Assembly: GCA_022648165.1 (NCBI GenBank)
Contig: JALCLX010000003.1
Span: 180,467-244,466, forward strand
DNA from: Ancrocorticia sp.
GTDB taxonomy: Bacteria > Actinomycetota > Actinomycetes > Actinomycetales > Actinomycetaceae
Direction of reading: 5' to 3'
Length of the DNA: 64,000 bases
Part shown: positions 35,672 through 44,569 of the stretch, piece after piece
Layout of the letters: each line of letters opens with the position of its first letter
Position numbering within the stretch: position 1 is the stretch's first letter
The notes under the pieces: generated by a model
Database searches by the model: none
What the model was told of the DNA's origin: nothing
Seen by the model: the letters and a program-made list of their open reading frames with translations, nothing else
Translations under genes and position numbers: made by a program

Positions 35672-35957
35672 GAAACTCACACCTATCCACCCTGGCGAAG
35701 CCCTCATGGAGGACTTCATTGAAGGCTTCGGCATCACCCAGCACAAACTTGCAGTCTCCATCGGGATCCCACCACGCACAATCAACGAGATCGTCCACGC
35801 CAATCGGGCCATCACAGCAGATACGGCACTGCGGCTCGCATGCAACTTCGGAACATCCACCCAATTCTGGCTCAACCTGCAAACTCAGTACGACCTAGAC
35901 AACGCAGAAGACCAACTAGACGGAACCCTAGCCAAAATCACCCCACTCAACGCGTAA
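35658..35957 (+). CDS. higA: HigA-family antitoxin (XRE HTH)
   Basis: PIHPGEALMEDFIEGFGITQHKLAVSIGIPPRTINEIVHANRAITADTALRLACNFGTSTQFWLNLQTQYDL is a textbook HigA/VapI sequence. TTG 35658 is preceded by GAGGAGG. Confidence 0.85.
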   Translation: MTTTEKLTPIHPGEALMEDFIEGFGITQHKLAVSIGIPPRTINEIVHANRAITADTALRLACNFGTSTQFWLNLQTQYDLDNAEDQLDGTLAKITPLNA

Positions 35958-36073
35958 ACCCAGGCCGACGGCACCAGTTTCCAACAGATTCACGCTCAAA
36001 ACCTCATCCAGATTTCCCATTGACCGGTATCCTTTTACTGACTCGGATCTCAACAGCACAGGTAATTCCGGAG

Positions 36074-36658
36074 GTGTGGGAGTTGCGGCAATTCGATGGG
36101 CGCGAGCAGCGAGAATACGGCAGATACTGGTGTGTCAATAAAGCGACGAGTACTCGCGCTTGCGTCACACGACAAGACCGTGACTGGCTGTGGTCGCATA
36201 CAGTAGACAAAGATGGCACGCCATTTCTACTCAAAGAATTAGAGCAATGCCGACAGTATCTTCCCGAAACTCAGTGGTACCTCCTAGCAGCAACTGTCAA
36301 CAAATGCCTCGACGTTGCCGCCAAGGGCGAGTTCAAATTCAATCCAGGAAACGCCAGCGATGAAAAGTTGCGCGGCCCAACTGTGTCCGGCACAGGCCCG
36401 CGTGTCGGGCCTGTGAAGCGCATGCTGGGGACCAAAGCAGTATTCGAAATATCCCAAGATGTGCGAGATTGGGAAGGCAGAGGAGATAGTTACCGTTACT
36501 TCCGAATCTATTTTTCTGAACCGCCCCTTGATTCCGGCGCAGAACTTCTTTCTCTGCGAATCTCTAGCAAACCCATTGATGGCCATGATCTGCAGAACGA
36601 TGACGCGCATATTTCACAAGATAGGTACGACGATTGGAGCGAGCGTCAGGCAGGATAG
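36074..36658 (+). CDS. hypothetical protein with C-terminal Gp49/HigB-like (RelE-fold) toxin region
   Basis: ...VKRMLGTKAVFEISQDV...DSYRYFRIYFSEPPLDSGAELLSLRISSKP... fits the ELR...YRIxYF...K pattern of Gp49-type toxins. Start is uncertain (GTG 36074 or TTG 36083, after GGAGG). Confidence 0.45.
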   Translation: MWELRQFDGREQREYGRYWCVNKATSTRACVTRQDRDWLWSHTVDKDGTPFLLKELEQCRQYLPETQWYLLAATVNKCLDVAAKGEFKFNPGNASDEKLRGPTVSGTGPRVGPVKRMLGTKAVFEISQDVRDWEGRGDSYRYFRIYFSEPPLDSGAELLSLRISSKPIDGHDLQNDDAHISQDRYDDWSERQAG

Positions 36659-36749
36659 ATCAGATTTCCACATTAGTTTGCGTCATACACCCCGGTTATA
36701 CTAATCTCAAATATTGTCGTCAGCGACAAGTATCTCCAAGGAGTCTCTC

Positions 36750-37205
36750 ATGGATTACCTCGACGAACTCGGCTTTGATACCGATGCAGCGCCGTATCGG
36801 TTGGCGAAAGAACTGGTTGATTCTGATTACGAGTTGATTGATGCCCTCGTAAGAATCCGGAAAGAATCCGGCATGACATTGAGCGACGTCGCGAAGAAGA
36901 CCGGAAGCGATGCGGCTTCACTCTCTCGCTTCGAGCGGCACATGCGCGACCCTCATCTCTCGACAATCCGTGCCTATGCCCATGCCATTGGCGCTCAGAT
37001 CACCCACACTGTGGCTCCATTTCATCTCAAAGAGGTTGAGGCAGACGCCGTCCAAATCGCACTCGAAAACCAGATTGCGGAACATGCGGTTTCGACCGTT
37101 CAAAGTCAAGCGGTATGGGATAGCGTGCTTCGCGGCTTATCAGAATCGGGCATCGGTACGTCCGATGCTGATATGGCGGCTCAGTGGGAGCCTGTCGATG
37201 CCTAA
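36750..37205 (+). CDS. XRE-family HTH protein (putative antitoxin)
   Basis: LVRIRKESGMTLSDVAKKTGSDAASLSRFERHMRDPHLSTIRAYAHAIGAQI. ATG 36750 is preceded by AAGGAG. Confidence 0.65.
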   Translation: MDYLDELGFDTDAAPYRLAKELVDSDYELIDALVRIRKESGMTLSDVAKKTGSDAASLSRFERHMRDPHLSTIRAYAHAIGAQITHTVAPFHLKEVEADAVQIALENQIAEHAVSTVQSQAVWDSVLRGLSESGIGTSDADMAAQWEPVDA

Positions 37206-37758
37206 GAAAGATGACACTGAACACCCAGCGCATGTACTGGAAGTGATGAACGGCGAAGCGCGCCCAACATTAGAGGCACCGGAAAATTATCCGGGCGCCT
37301 GGCCAACGGCGCAGATCGAAGGTATCTACATTTCCCGGATCTCTTGCACGCGAAAACCCGCCTCTCTTTCACAAAAATTTCAATCGCTTACCTTTGATAT
37401 ATCGTGTATTCCACTGCCTCCCGATAGGCTACATTTTGTTGCGGATATCCTTGTACCTGGTGACAAGTTCATCGGTGCTGTAACCGTACATTGCACAGCA
37501 CGTTTCAGGAGTTTATCCGGTGATCTAGATAGCGAAAAGACTGTGAACCGGTATGGGAGACGCTATGTCGAATGGGTAGCCCACTCCCTCTGGGATACAG
37601 GAGCGGCAGCGCTCAGGTCCACGATTGCTCTTCTGCCGATGGCCGACGTGACAGTCCCCATCAAGACGCCAGAACCAACTTTCAGATCAATTAGACGAAT
37701 TCGCCACAATGGCACCGATAAGTCCACAAGCTCGAAGGCAAACGATCCCAACTCGTAA
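37198..37758 (+). CDS. hypothetical protein (186 aa)
   Basis: ATG 37198 overlaps the end of the XRE gene. No recognisable motifs. Confidence 0.4.
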   Translation: MPKKDDTEHPAHVLEVMNGEARPTLEAPENYPGAWPTAQIEGIYISRISCTRKPASLSQKFQSLTFDISCIPLPPDRLHFVADILVPGDKFIGAVTVHCTARFRSLSGDLDSEKTVNRYGRRYVEWVAHSLWDTGAAALRSTIALLPMADVTVPIKTPEPTFRSIRRIRHNGTDKSTSSKANDPNS

Positions 37759-37920
37759 GGGAATTGCCGTATACCCCGCTACACCAACGCATTCTTTCCT
37801 GTAAGTCGTAGCACGTACGTGGTCCACATCTCGCACATCTTTTTTTGCCTCCAGATTCGCGGGCCGACGCTATACGGAAACAATTGAGAACTCTGATGCT
37901 GACAGCACGTCGGATCGTCG

Positions 37921-39024
37921 TTAGCCAATCATTCTCTGTACCGCGTGCCGAATGTCATCACTCAAGCTATAAATCGCCTGCAAAGAGTCAATGTCATGGC
38001 GAACGAGATCCTTGTTGTCATCGAAGATACCAACCCATTTCTTCTCTCTACTATTGAAGAAGAGCCGTGCGATGGGCTTGCGATTGTTGTTATCAAGCAG
38101 GATTGCACAATACGACTTGGCGTCGCGGTATGTAATTCGAGATGGATCAATATCTGCACATGCAATAGCCTTAATAATGCTATATGCGAACAGCTCTTCC
38201 TCGGTAGTCTCTATTCCCTTCTCTTTTTCGTCACCAGGTTCTTCAATGTCGGATTGCGCAGATTCAGGTTCTTCCACCGTGGCCTCAATAGTTGGCGCAG
38301 AGATATCGGACACCCCCAGCGCTGACTTCAACCGATCGTTGACCTTCTCCGTCAAGAACTGAGATAGAGCCTTTGCGACAAGCGGAGTGAATTTTTCTTG
38401 TGTACTTTGCGAAAAACGGCCTTCGTAGACGCGCGATGTCAACAGTTTGATGAAGTCATATGACGGTTCTCTGAATTCAGCAGAAACCTCACGCTTCATG
38501 GCACCCACGTATTTAAGTTCTTCAGCAGAAGAAACAACTGAGTCAACGTCAAAGTTATCTTTTGCTAGCTTCCGTAATTCCGGAAGCACCGTCTCGTCAA
38601 CGTCTAGCAGATCGAGTACCAGAAACGGCTTGGAATCCATTCTGTTGGGTGAATCCAGATCTGTATAGAAGTTGTAGATCCGACCATTTGTCAGAATCGC
38701 GATTCTTGCCGCAGTAACAGAAAAGTATCGATAAAGCTGCGACGCATTCTCTAGCGACAACGGGACTGATGCTTTCTTACATTCGATGAGGATCTGGATG
38801 TCTCCACCCGTCCTAATCGCATAGTCGACCTTCTCGCCCTTCTTCACACCCACATCTGCAGTGAACTCAGGAATCACTTCCTGCGGATTAAAGACGTCGT
38901 AACCCAAGACAGTAGCGATGAATGGCATGATAAAAGCATTCTTGGTAGCTTCCTCAGTCTCTACTTGATTCCACTGTTTTGATACTTTTTCCGCAAGCAG
39001 TGTCAGAGCATCCCCGAATTCCAT
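37921..39024 (-). CDS. Type I restriction enzyme HsdR N-terminal (PD-(D/E)xK) domain protein, stand-alone
   Basis: ETEEATKNAFIMPFIATVLGYDVFNPQEVIPEFTADVGVKKGEKVDYAIRTGGDIQILIECKK is the HSDR_N nuclease-fold signature. Visibly AT-rich gene. Confidence 0.7.
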   Translation of the reverse strand: MEFGDALTLLAEKVSKQWNQVETEEATKNAFIMPFIATVLGYDVFNPQEVIPEFTADVGVKKGEKVDYAIRTGGDIQILIECKKASVPLSLENASQLYRYFSVTAARIAILTNGRIYNFYTDLDSPNRMDSKPFLVLDLLDVDETVLPELRKLAKDNFDVDSVVSSAEELKYVGAMKREVSAEFREPSYDFIKLLTSRVYEGRFSQSTQEKFTPLVAKALSQFLTEKVNDRLKSALGVSDISAPTIEATVEEPESAQSDIEEPGDEKEKGIETTEEELFAYSIIKAIACADIDPSRITYRDAKSYCAILLDNNNRKPIARLFFNSREKKWVGIFDDNKDLVRHDIDSLQAIYSLSDDIRHAVQRMIG

Positions 39025-39227
39025 GGCATTCTCCTACCGAAGAAAACAACAATCGTCAAAGTGAATCGTCACAGTTTGTTCAGCAACGCCTTAGAGTCAT
39101 GCTGAAATGTGAGTGCGATTACGCCAGAGTCTACGCTCACAAGCCAAATTGCTGCACATACTTCCAGCCTCGCTCGATCCACCACCACACCCCCACAATA
39201 CCCCCACCCGTATTTTCAAAAAACCGC

Positions 39228-39255
39228 TTGATTTGAGCTATTCCAGTGCTAGCAT
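39228..39255 (+). promoter_or_regulatory. candidate promoter for the symporter gene
   Basis: TTGATT (39228-39233), 16-nt spacer, TAGCAT (39250-39255). Implies a ~170-nt leader. Confidence 0.3.
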
Positions 39256-39431
39256 GAATTCACTTCCAGATGGGACTTAATACCCACAAGCCTCATCTGG
39301 TGCACGCAAGGCAACGGCGCCTCTGCCGTACCGCACGTGGCATTCTGGTGACGCCCCTCGTACTTCGCATGGCACGCCACCCCTATAAGCAAATTCCTCG
39401 TTTGAGCCAGAACGAACCGATCGGAATTGAC

Positions 39432-40880
39432 ATGAAGCAAGTACCTCAGAATCAACCTGTTCAAGATCCAGTTAAGAAACTGCGAGTCCCCGAACCGAAG
39501 AAACCCCGCAAAGATCGCACCCATTGGCTGTACATCGCTGTGATCGTCGCCGTTATTGGCGGCATCACCGTGGGCGGCGTTGGCGGCAAGTCCGTAGCAG
39601 GGCTAGCCATACTTGGAACGCTTTTCGTATCCCTCATCAAGATGCTGATAGTGCCGGTGATCTTCTGCACCATCGTGCTGGGCATCGGATCCGTGCGCGC
39701 TGCAGCCACCGTTGGAAAAGCCGGCGGCATCGCCTTGGTGTACTTCATCACGATGTCCACCTTTGCCCTGTTTATCGGCCTCATCGTAGGCAACATGGTC
39801 CACGCCGGTGAAGGCCTGAACGTCGGAGACGTTACCTACACGCCCAGCTCCAGCAGCACCGAGGAAGCAAGCGGAGTGCTCGGATTCGTACAGAGCCTCA
39901 TCCCTGATAGCCTCTTTGCACCTCTGGTTGGCGAGTCCGTGCTGCCCGCACTCGTTGTCGCGCTGCTCGTAGGCTTTGCAATCCAGTCACTCGGCAAACA
40001 AGGCGAACCGATCCTGAAGGCCGTGGGTTACATCCAGAAGCTTGTCTTCAAGATCTTGTCCTGGATCCTGTGGCTCGCCCCAATCGGCGCTTTCGGCGCG
40101 ATGGCGGGCGTGGTTGGCAACACCGGATGGTCTGCAGTGCTGGAGCTCGCAAAGCTGATGCTCGCGTTCTATGCCACCTGCATCATCTTCATCTTCGGAG
40201 TACTTGCCTTCACGCTCTGGTCCTTCACCCGGTTCAACCCATACCAGCTCTTCAAGTACTTGGGCCGCGAATTCCTGCTGATTGTGGCCACGTCGTCGTC
40301 CGAATCCGCACTCCCCAACCTTATGCGGAAGATGGAGCACCTGGGTGTGGACGAAGCTACTGTGGGCATCGTGGTACCCACCGGCTACTCGTTCAATCTG
40401 GACGGCACCGCGATCTACCTGACCATGGCGTCTATCTTCATCTCCGATGCCATGGACATCCCCATGAGCATCGGCGAACAGCTGGGGCTGCTGGTATTCA
40501 TGATCATCGCATCTAAGGGTGCAGCGGGCGTTTCCGGTGCCGGCATTGCCACTTTGGCCGCCGGCTTGCAGACGTACCGCCCAGACCTCCTCAATGGAGT
40601 AGGAATCATTGTGGGAATTGACCGCTTCATGTCTGAGGCGCGCGCTCTGACCAACTTCGCCGGCAACTCTGTGGCCACCCTGCTAGTTGGCCACTGGACC
40701 CACACCGTTGACGAACAACGCGTACGCGACGTCTTGAACGGCAAGATTCCGTTCGTCTACACCTCGGAAGATTCAGATGTGGACATGCGGATGCCCGACG
40801 TGGTCAATCCCGCCCAGGAGGAACTGCTGCCCACACCGCAGCTTGACCTCGACGAATACGAAAAGGCTGCCACAAAGTAA
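39432..40880 (+). CDS. dicarboxylate/amino acid:cation symporter (DctA/GltP-like)
   Basis: Polytopic. ...SSSESALPNLMRKME..., GYSFNLDGTAIYLTMA, ASKGAAGVSGAGIATLAAGL motifs of the DAACS family. Start set to ATG 39432. Confidence 0.85.
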   Translation: MKQVPQNQPVQDPVKKLRVPEPKKPRKDRTHWLYIAVIVAVIGGITVGGVGGKSVAGLAILGTLFVSLIKMLIVPVIFCTIVLGIGSVRAAATVGKAGGIALVYFITMSTFALFIGLIVGNMVHAGEGLNVGDVTYTPSSSSTEEASGVLGFVQSLIPDSLFAPLVGESVLPALVVALLVGFAIQSLGKQGEPILKAVGYIQKLVFKILSWILWLAPIGAFGAMAGVVGNTGWSAVLELAKLMLAFYATCIIFIFGVLAFTLWSFTRFNPYQLFKYLGREFLLIVATSSSESALPNLMRKMEHLGVDEATVGIVVPTGYSFNLDGTAIYLTMASIFISDAMDIPMSIGEQLGLLVFMIIASKGAAGVSGAGIATLAAGLQTYRPDLLNGVGIIVGIDRFMSEARALTNFAGNSVATLLVGHWTHTVDEQRVRDVLNGKIPFVYTSEDSDVDMRMPDVVNPAQEELLPTPQLDLDEYEKAATK

Positions 40881-40901
40881 CGCGATATAACACAGCGGTA
40901 T

Positions 40902-40953
40902 GTACTACGACGGCGCCCCCCAGGTTGCGGGGACGCCGTCGTACTACTTCTTT
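40902..40953. terminator. rho-independent terminator after the symporter gene
   Basis: ~18-bp GC-rich stem GTACTACGACGGCGCCCC / GGGGACGCCGTCGTACTAC (one bulge, one mismatch) followed by TTCTTT. Confidence 0.65.
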
Positions 40954-41075
40954 GCGTCGATTACGTTTTCTGTGTTGCTCGGAACTCGCGTTTAGGCACG
41001 CAGGAGGAAACTGACATCGCCAGAAACCTCCCGGGGCTGCGCCCCTGGCTCAAACAGATGCGCCGGGATTCCCAC

Positions 41076-41798
41076 TCACGCCGCACGCGGCGGGAGCAAT
41101 TCGATCGGCGGATGCTCGGCCCGAAACTCGTTGACGCGCGCATCGGTAGCATACCCAAGCGCCAGTCCCGTGATGAGCTTGTAGCCTTGCGGGATCTGGA
41201 ACTCTTTCTCAACCGGATTTCGCCATACAGCCAGCGTGCCCAGCGGGCAGGAGTCTACGCCGCGGGCCTTTGCCGCCAGCATGATGTTCTGCAACAGAAT
41301 TCCGCCGTCTTGCGCAGAAAACGGCAGCATGCGTTTGTGAACAAACAACCACATCACTGCAGGCGCACCGAAGAACTGCACGTTGCGCCGCGCGGCTGCC
41401 TCCCGCGCTACGCGGTCTCCACGCGGCACGCCCATTGCGGTATAAAGCCCCTTTCCCACTTTCTGGCTGCGGGGCTTTAACTCCTTTGGATACTCACGCC
41501 ATACCTTGAAATCGCCGTCAGGTAGCTTTCCTTGGAGCAGTGCTTTGAGAATCGCGCCGCGTTCTTTTCGTTGCAAGCCCAGCGATTCGTCAAATGCGGC
41601 CGTATAGGCATGGCGCAAACGCTCCAGCTGTTCTCCCTGTGCTAGCGCCACACAGTACGCGCGGGTATTGCTCCAGCTTGCGCAATATCGCGCGTCGTCC
41701 AAAATCCCATCCATAACTTCGGGCGGGATCGGATCGGAAGTGAAATCCCGGGCAGAATAGCGGGATCGGACCAACTTGGAGAAGTCTTCTACGTGCAC
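41076..41798 (-). CDS. nitroreductase-family protein
   Basis: VRSRYSARDFTSDPIPPEVMDGILDDARYCASWSNTRAY is a typical nitroreductase N-terminus. Confidence 0.8.
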   Translation of the reverse strand: MHVEDFSKLVRSRYSARDFTSDPIPPEVMDGILDDARYCASWSNTRAYCVALAQGEQLERLRHAYTAAFDESLGLQRKERGAILKALLQGKLPDGDFKVWREYPKELKPRSQKVGKGLYTAMGVPRGDRVAREAAARRNVQFFGAPAVMWLFVHKRMLPFSAQDGGILLQNIMLAAKARGVDSCPLGTLAVWRNPVEKEFQIPQGYKLITGLALGYATDARVNEFRAEHPPIELLPPRAA

Positions 41799-41941
41799 AA
41801 ACCCATACTACTGGCTACTGGTCTGTCCTGCGCGATCACGGCCTGGGCTTCGCCGCCTGGGCCCTCGATGCTTGCACTCGTGCCACTTGCGCGCGCTAGC
41901 TTCCTGCCGTATTTTCAAGATATAACGACAAAGGAGTCCCT

Positions 41942-44127
41942 ATGCCAACCAAAACATCTCTGAACGCATCATGGGAGTTTCGCCGCGCTGCAGATACTGC
42001 CTGGACAGAAGTATCCCTGCCCCACGACGCAATGATCGAAGAGACACGGAGCGCTCAGGCAGACGCCGGGCCGAACACCGGATTCTATCCAGGAGGCTCA
42101 TACATCTACCGCAAGAAGCTCCCTGCGGCCCGGGGCGCTCACAATTGGCTTGAGTTTGAAGGTTGTTACGGGCGCACGCGCGTTCTTCTGAACGGAAACC
42201 TTTTGGCCACACACGCTCATGGATACACTTCCTTCGTTATTCCACTCCCCTCAGAGTTCACGGCGCAAGAGAGCGCCCTGGAATCGGCACCGCGCGCGAG
42301 GCGCGCACCATATCGGTGGCACCCCACGCCGTCGCCGAAACCACAATAAGCTGCACTATCACACAACCCCGTCCGTGGAGTGCTACAGACCCGTACCTAT
42401 ACGACGTCGTCGTCACCGTTATGTGCGGCACCATGGACCCAGATGTCACCGCCCTGCGCTACGGCATCCGAACAGTGGCAACAAGTCCACGCGAAGGGCT
42501 GCTCATCAATGGAACGCCCGTTCTGCTGCGCGGTGCATGCATCCACCACGATAACGGCGTTCTGGGAGCTCGCGAATATCGCGAAGCCGCCGCCCGGCGC
42601 ATTCGAATCCTGAAGGAAAACGGGTACAACGCGATCCGATCCTCACACAATCCCGCATCGTCAGCGATACTTGACGAGTGCGATAGGCAGGGCATGTACG
42701 TCATCAATGAGTTCACGGACATGTGGACACGGCACAAGCTGGCAGGCGACTACGCGTCAGATTTCGTTCACAACTGGAAACACGATCTGAAAGATATGGT
42801 GATGCACTCGTGCAACCATCCATCGATCGTCGCATGGTCAGTGGGCAACGAAATTGCCGAAACATCGCGGCCTGATGGGATCGCACTCAACCGCACGCTG
42901 GTCGAACACTGCCACCGGCTCGATCCATCGCGCCCAGTCACTAACGCGATCAATTTCCTCTTTAACGTTGTTGGCCCAGAAAGGGTATCTGCCGCAACGG
43001 GAGATGCCGCAGATCCCCAATCGAACACACAGGATCGAAAAACAAAGGAGCCATCGGGCGCCGGTGTAGCCGCACTCAACCACTTGATGAACGCAATGGA
43101 AAAACTCGTCCGTATCGCCACAAATGGGTTTCTTGGCGATCGTTCCACCCGCGACGTCTTCGCCGATCTTGACATCGCCGGTTATAACTATGGATCTGGC
43201 AGGTATCGCAAAGATGCCCGGCGCTACCCACGCAGGATCATCCTTGGGTCAGAAACCTACCCGGACGACATCGTCACCAACTGGAACATTGCCAAATCAA
43301 TTCCCCAGGTCATTGGCGATTTTCAGTGGGCCGGATGGGATTACATCGGCGAGGCGGGCCTTGCGGTGACCGATCGCTCCAGCGAACATGGTGGCTTGCT
43401 CAGCTTCCCTGCCCGATTCGCTGGTTGCCCGTTGATCGATATCATTGGTTTCAGCCAGCCGTTAACCCATCTGAACGCCATCGCGTGGGGCTTCGAGCAC
43501 GGCCCCTACCTGGCCGTCGTTCCACCCGCGAACCCACAGGGCACCACCAGATGGCGCAATCAAGAGCTCGTGCGCAGCTGGACGTGGCCCGTCCCCGAAG
43601 GAACACCTCTCACAGTCACGGCGTTTTCCCGCGGTAGTCGCATCGTGTTCCGTGCGAACGGAAAGATTGTCTGCGAGCGTGCGATCCGCCGCTCAGACCA
43701 CCATCGCATCCAGGTTTCCATCCCCTACTCATTCGGCGAGCTAGTTGCAACGTCATATGGCGCAAATGGCAGAGAAATCGGCAGGGATACCCTTGTGCGC
43801 TGCGGTTCCCAAACCAAGCTCGTACTCAGGCAAGAAGATCGCCTCACGGAAGACAGCATCACCTTCGTCGCAATTCGCTTCGAGGACGAAAACGGGCGCG
43901 TGCGCACGGATGGTGATCAGCGCGTCACGCTCACGATTGACGGCCCAGGAAGGATTCTCGGTGCGGGCAGCGCCCAGCCAATCTCGCCTGAAGGATTCAC
44001 CTCGAATGCCTTCACCACGTACCGCGGCCGCGGCATCGCCGTCGTCGAAATCCAAGAATCGCAGGAACCAACAACGTTGATCGCCGCTGCCGCAAACGGC
44101 GCATCTTTCTCGCTTGTTCTCCGGTAA
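41942..44127 (+). pseudogene. glycoside hydrolase family 2 (beta-galactosidase/glucuronidase-like), frameshifted with probable internal deletion
   Basis: ORF 41942..42349 (SLNASWEFR...WLEFEGCYGRTRVLLNGNLLATHAHGYTSF) and ORF 42163..44127 (...RPWSATDPYLYDV...LLRGACIHHDNG...NAIRSSHNP...) are in different frames. The join is near 42270-42330. Confidence 0.7.
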
Positions 44128-44134
44128 CTGCCTG

Positions 44135-44500
44135 CTACACGCCCTGCTGCGGCCAAACCCATTCCGGCCCATCTTCGTGCGCGCTGGGCCGATGCAGCAT
44201 TCCGCTCTCCAGCGTGACGATCAGCCGGTCGCCGCGCACCTGCCCTGTACCATCCACGATCAAGGTCCATCCATGCCGAACCAGCGGCTGCCATACAAGC
44301 GTCACATGGGGATCGCGTGCCACATTCTCTCTGGTCGAGTTGTGGATACCTTCTACGACGACGGCGCCGCCTTCCACCCGCGGATCTACCGTCAGCAGCT
44401 TCACGTAGGGATCGGCCTTGGTGATCAAGGTGGCAGAAGCAAAGCGCGGCAACGCCTGAGGCAGTTGTTCGATTGAAACTGGAATCGTCATAACAGCCAT
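44135..44500 (-). CDS. pyridoxamine 5'-phosphate oxidase-fold (split-barrel) family protein
   Basis: 121 aa. ...HVTLVWQP...WTLIVDGTGQV... pattern. Weak, family-level call only. Confidence 0.45.
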   Translation of the reverse strand: MAVMTIPVSIEQLPQALPRFASATLITKADPYVKLLTVDPRVEGGAVVVEGIHNSTRENVARDPHVTLVWQPLVRHGWTLIVDGTGQVRGDRLIVTLESGMLHRPSAHEDGPEWVWPQQGV

Positions 44501-44569
44501 CCTATGTCCGTACGGGATCGGGGTGCCTAACGGCTCGAATCGCTCGCCCAAGCGCCGGCGCACACTTCA

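Noticed and set aside
35840-36073. The upstream 78 codons of ORF 35840..36658, which overlap higA.
   Set aside because: This part is Pro/Arg-rich, read out of frame across higA, and lacks an RBS. A GGAGG-preceded GTG/TTG at 36074/36083 is a more credible start.
36910-37197. The upstream part of ORF 36910..37758, which overlaps the XRE gene out of frame.
   Set aside because: The overlap is not protein-like. ATG 37198 at the XRE stop gives a coupled 186-aa ORF.
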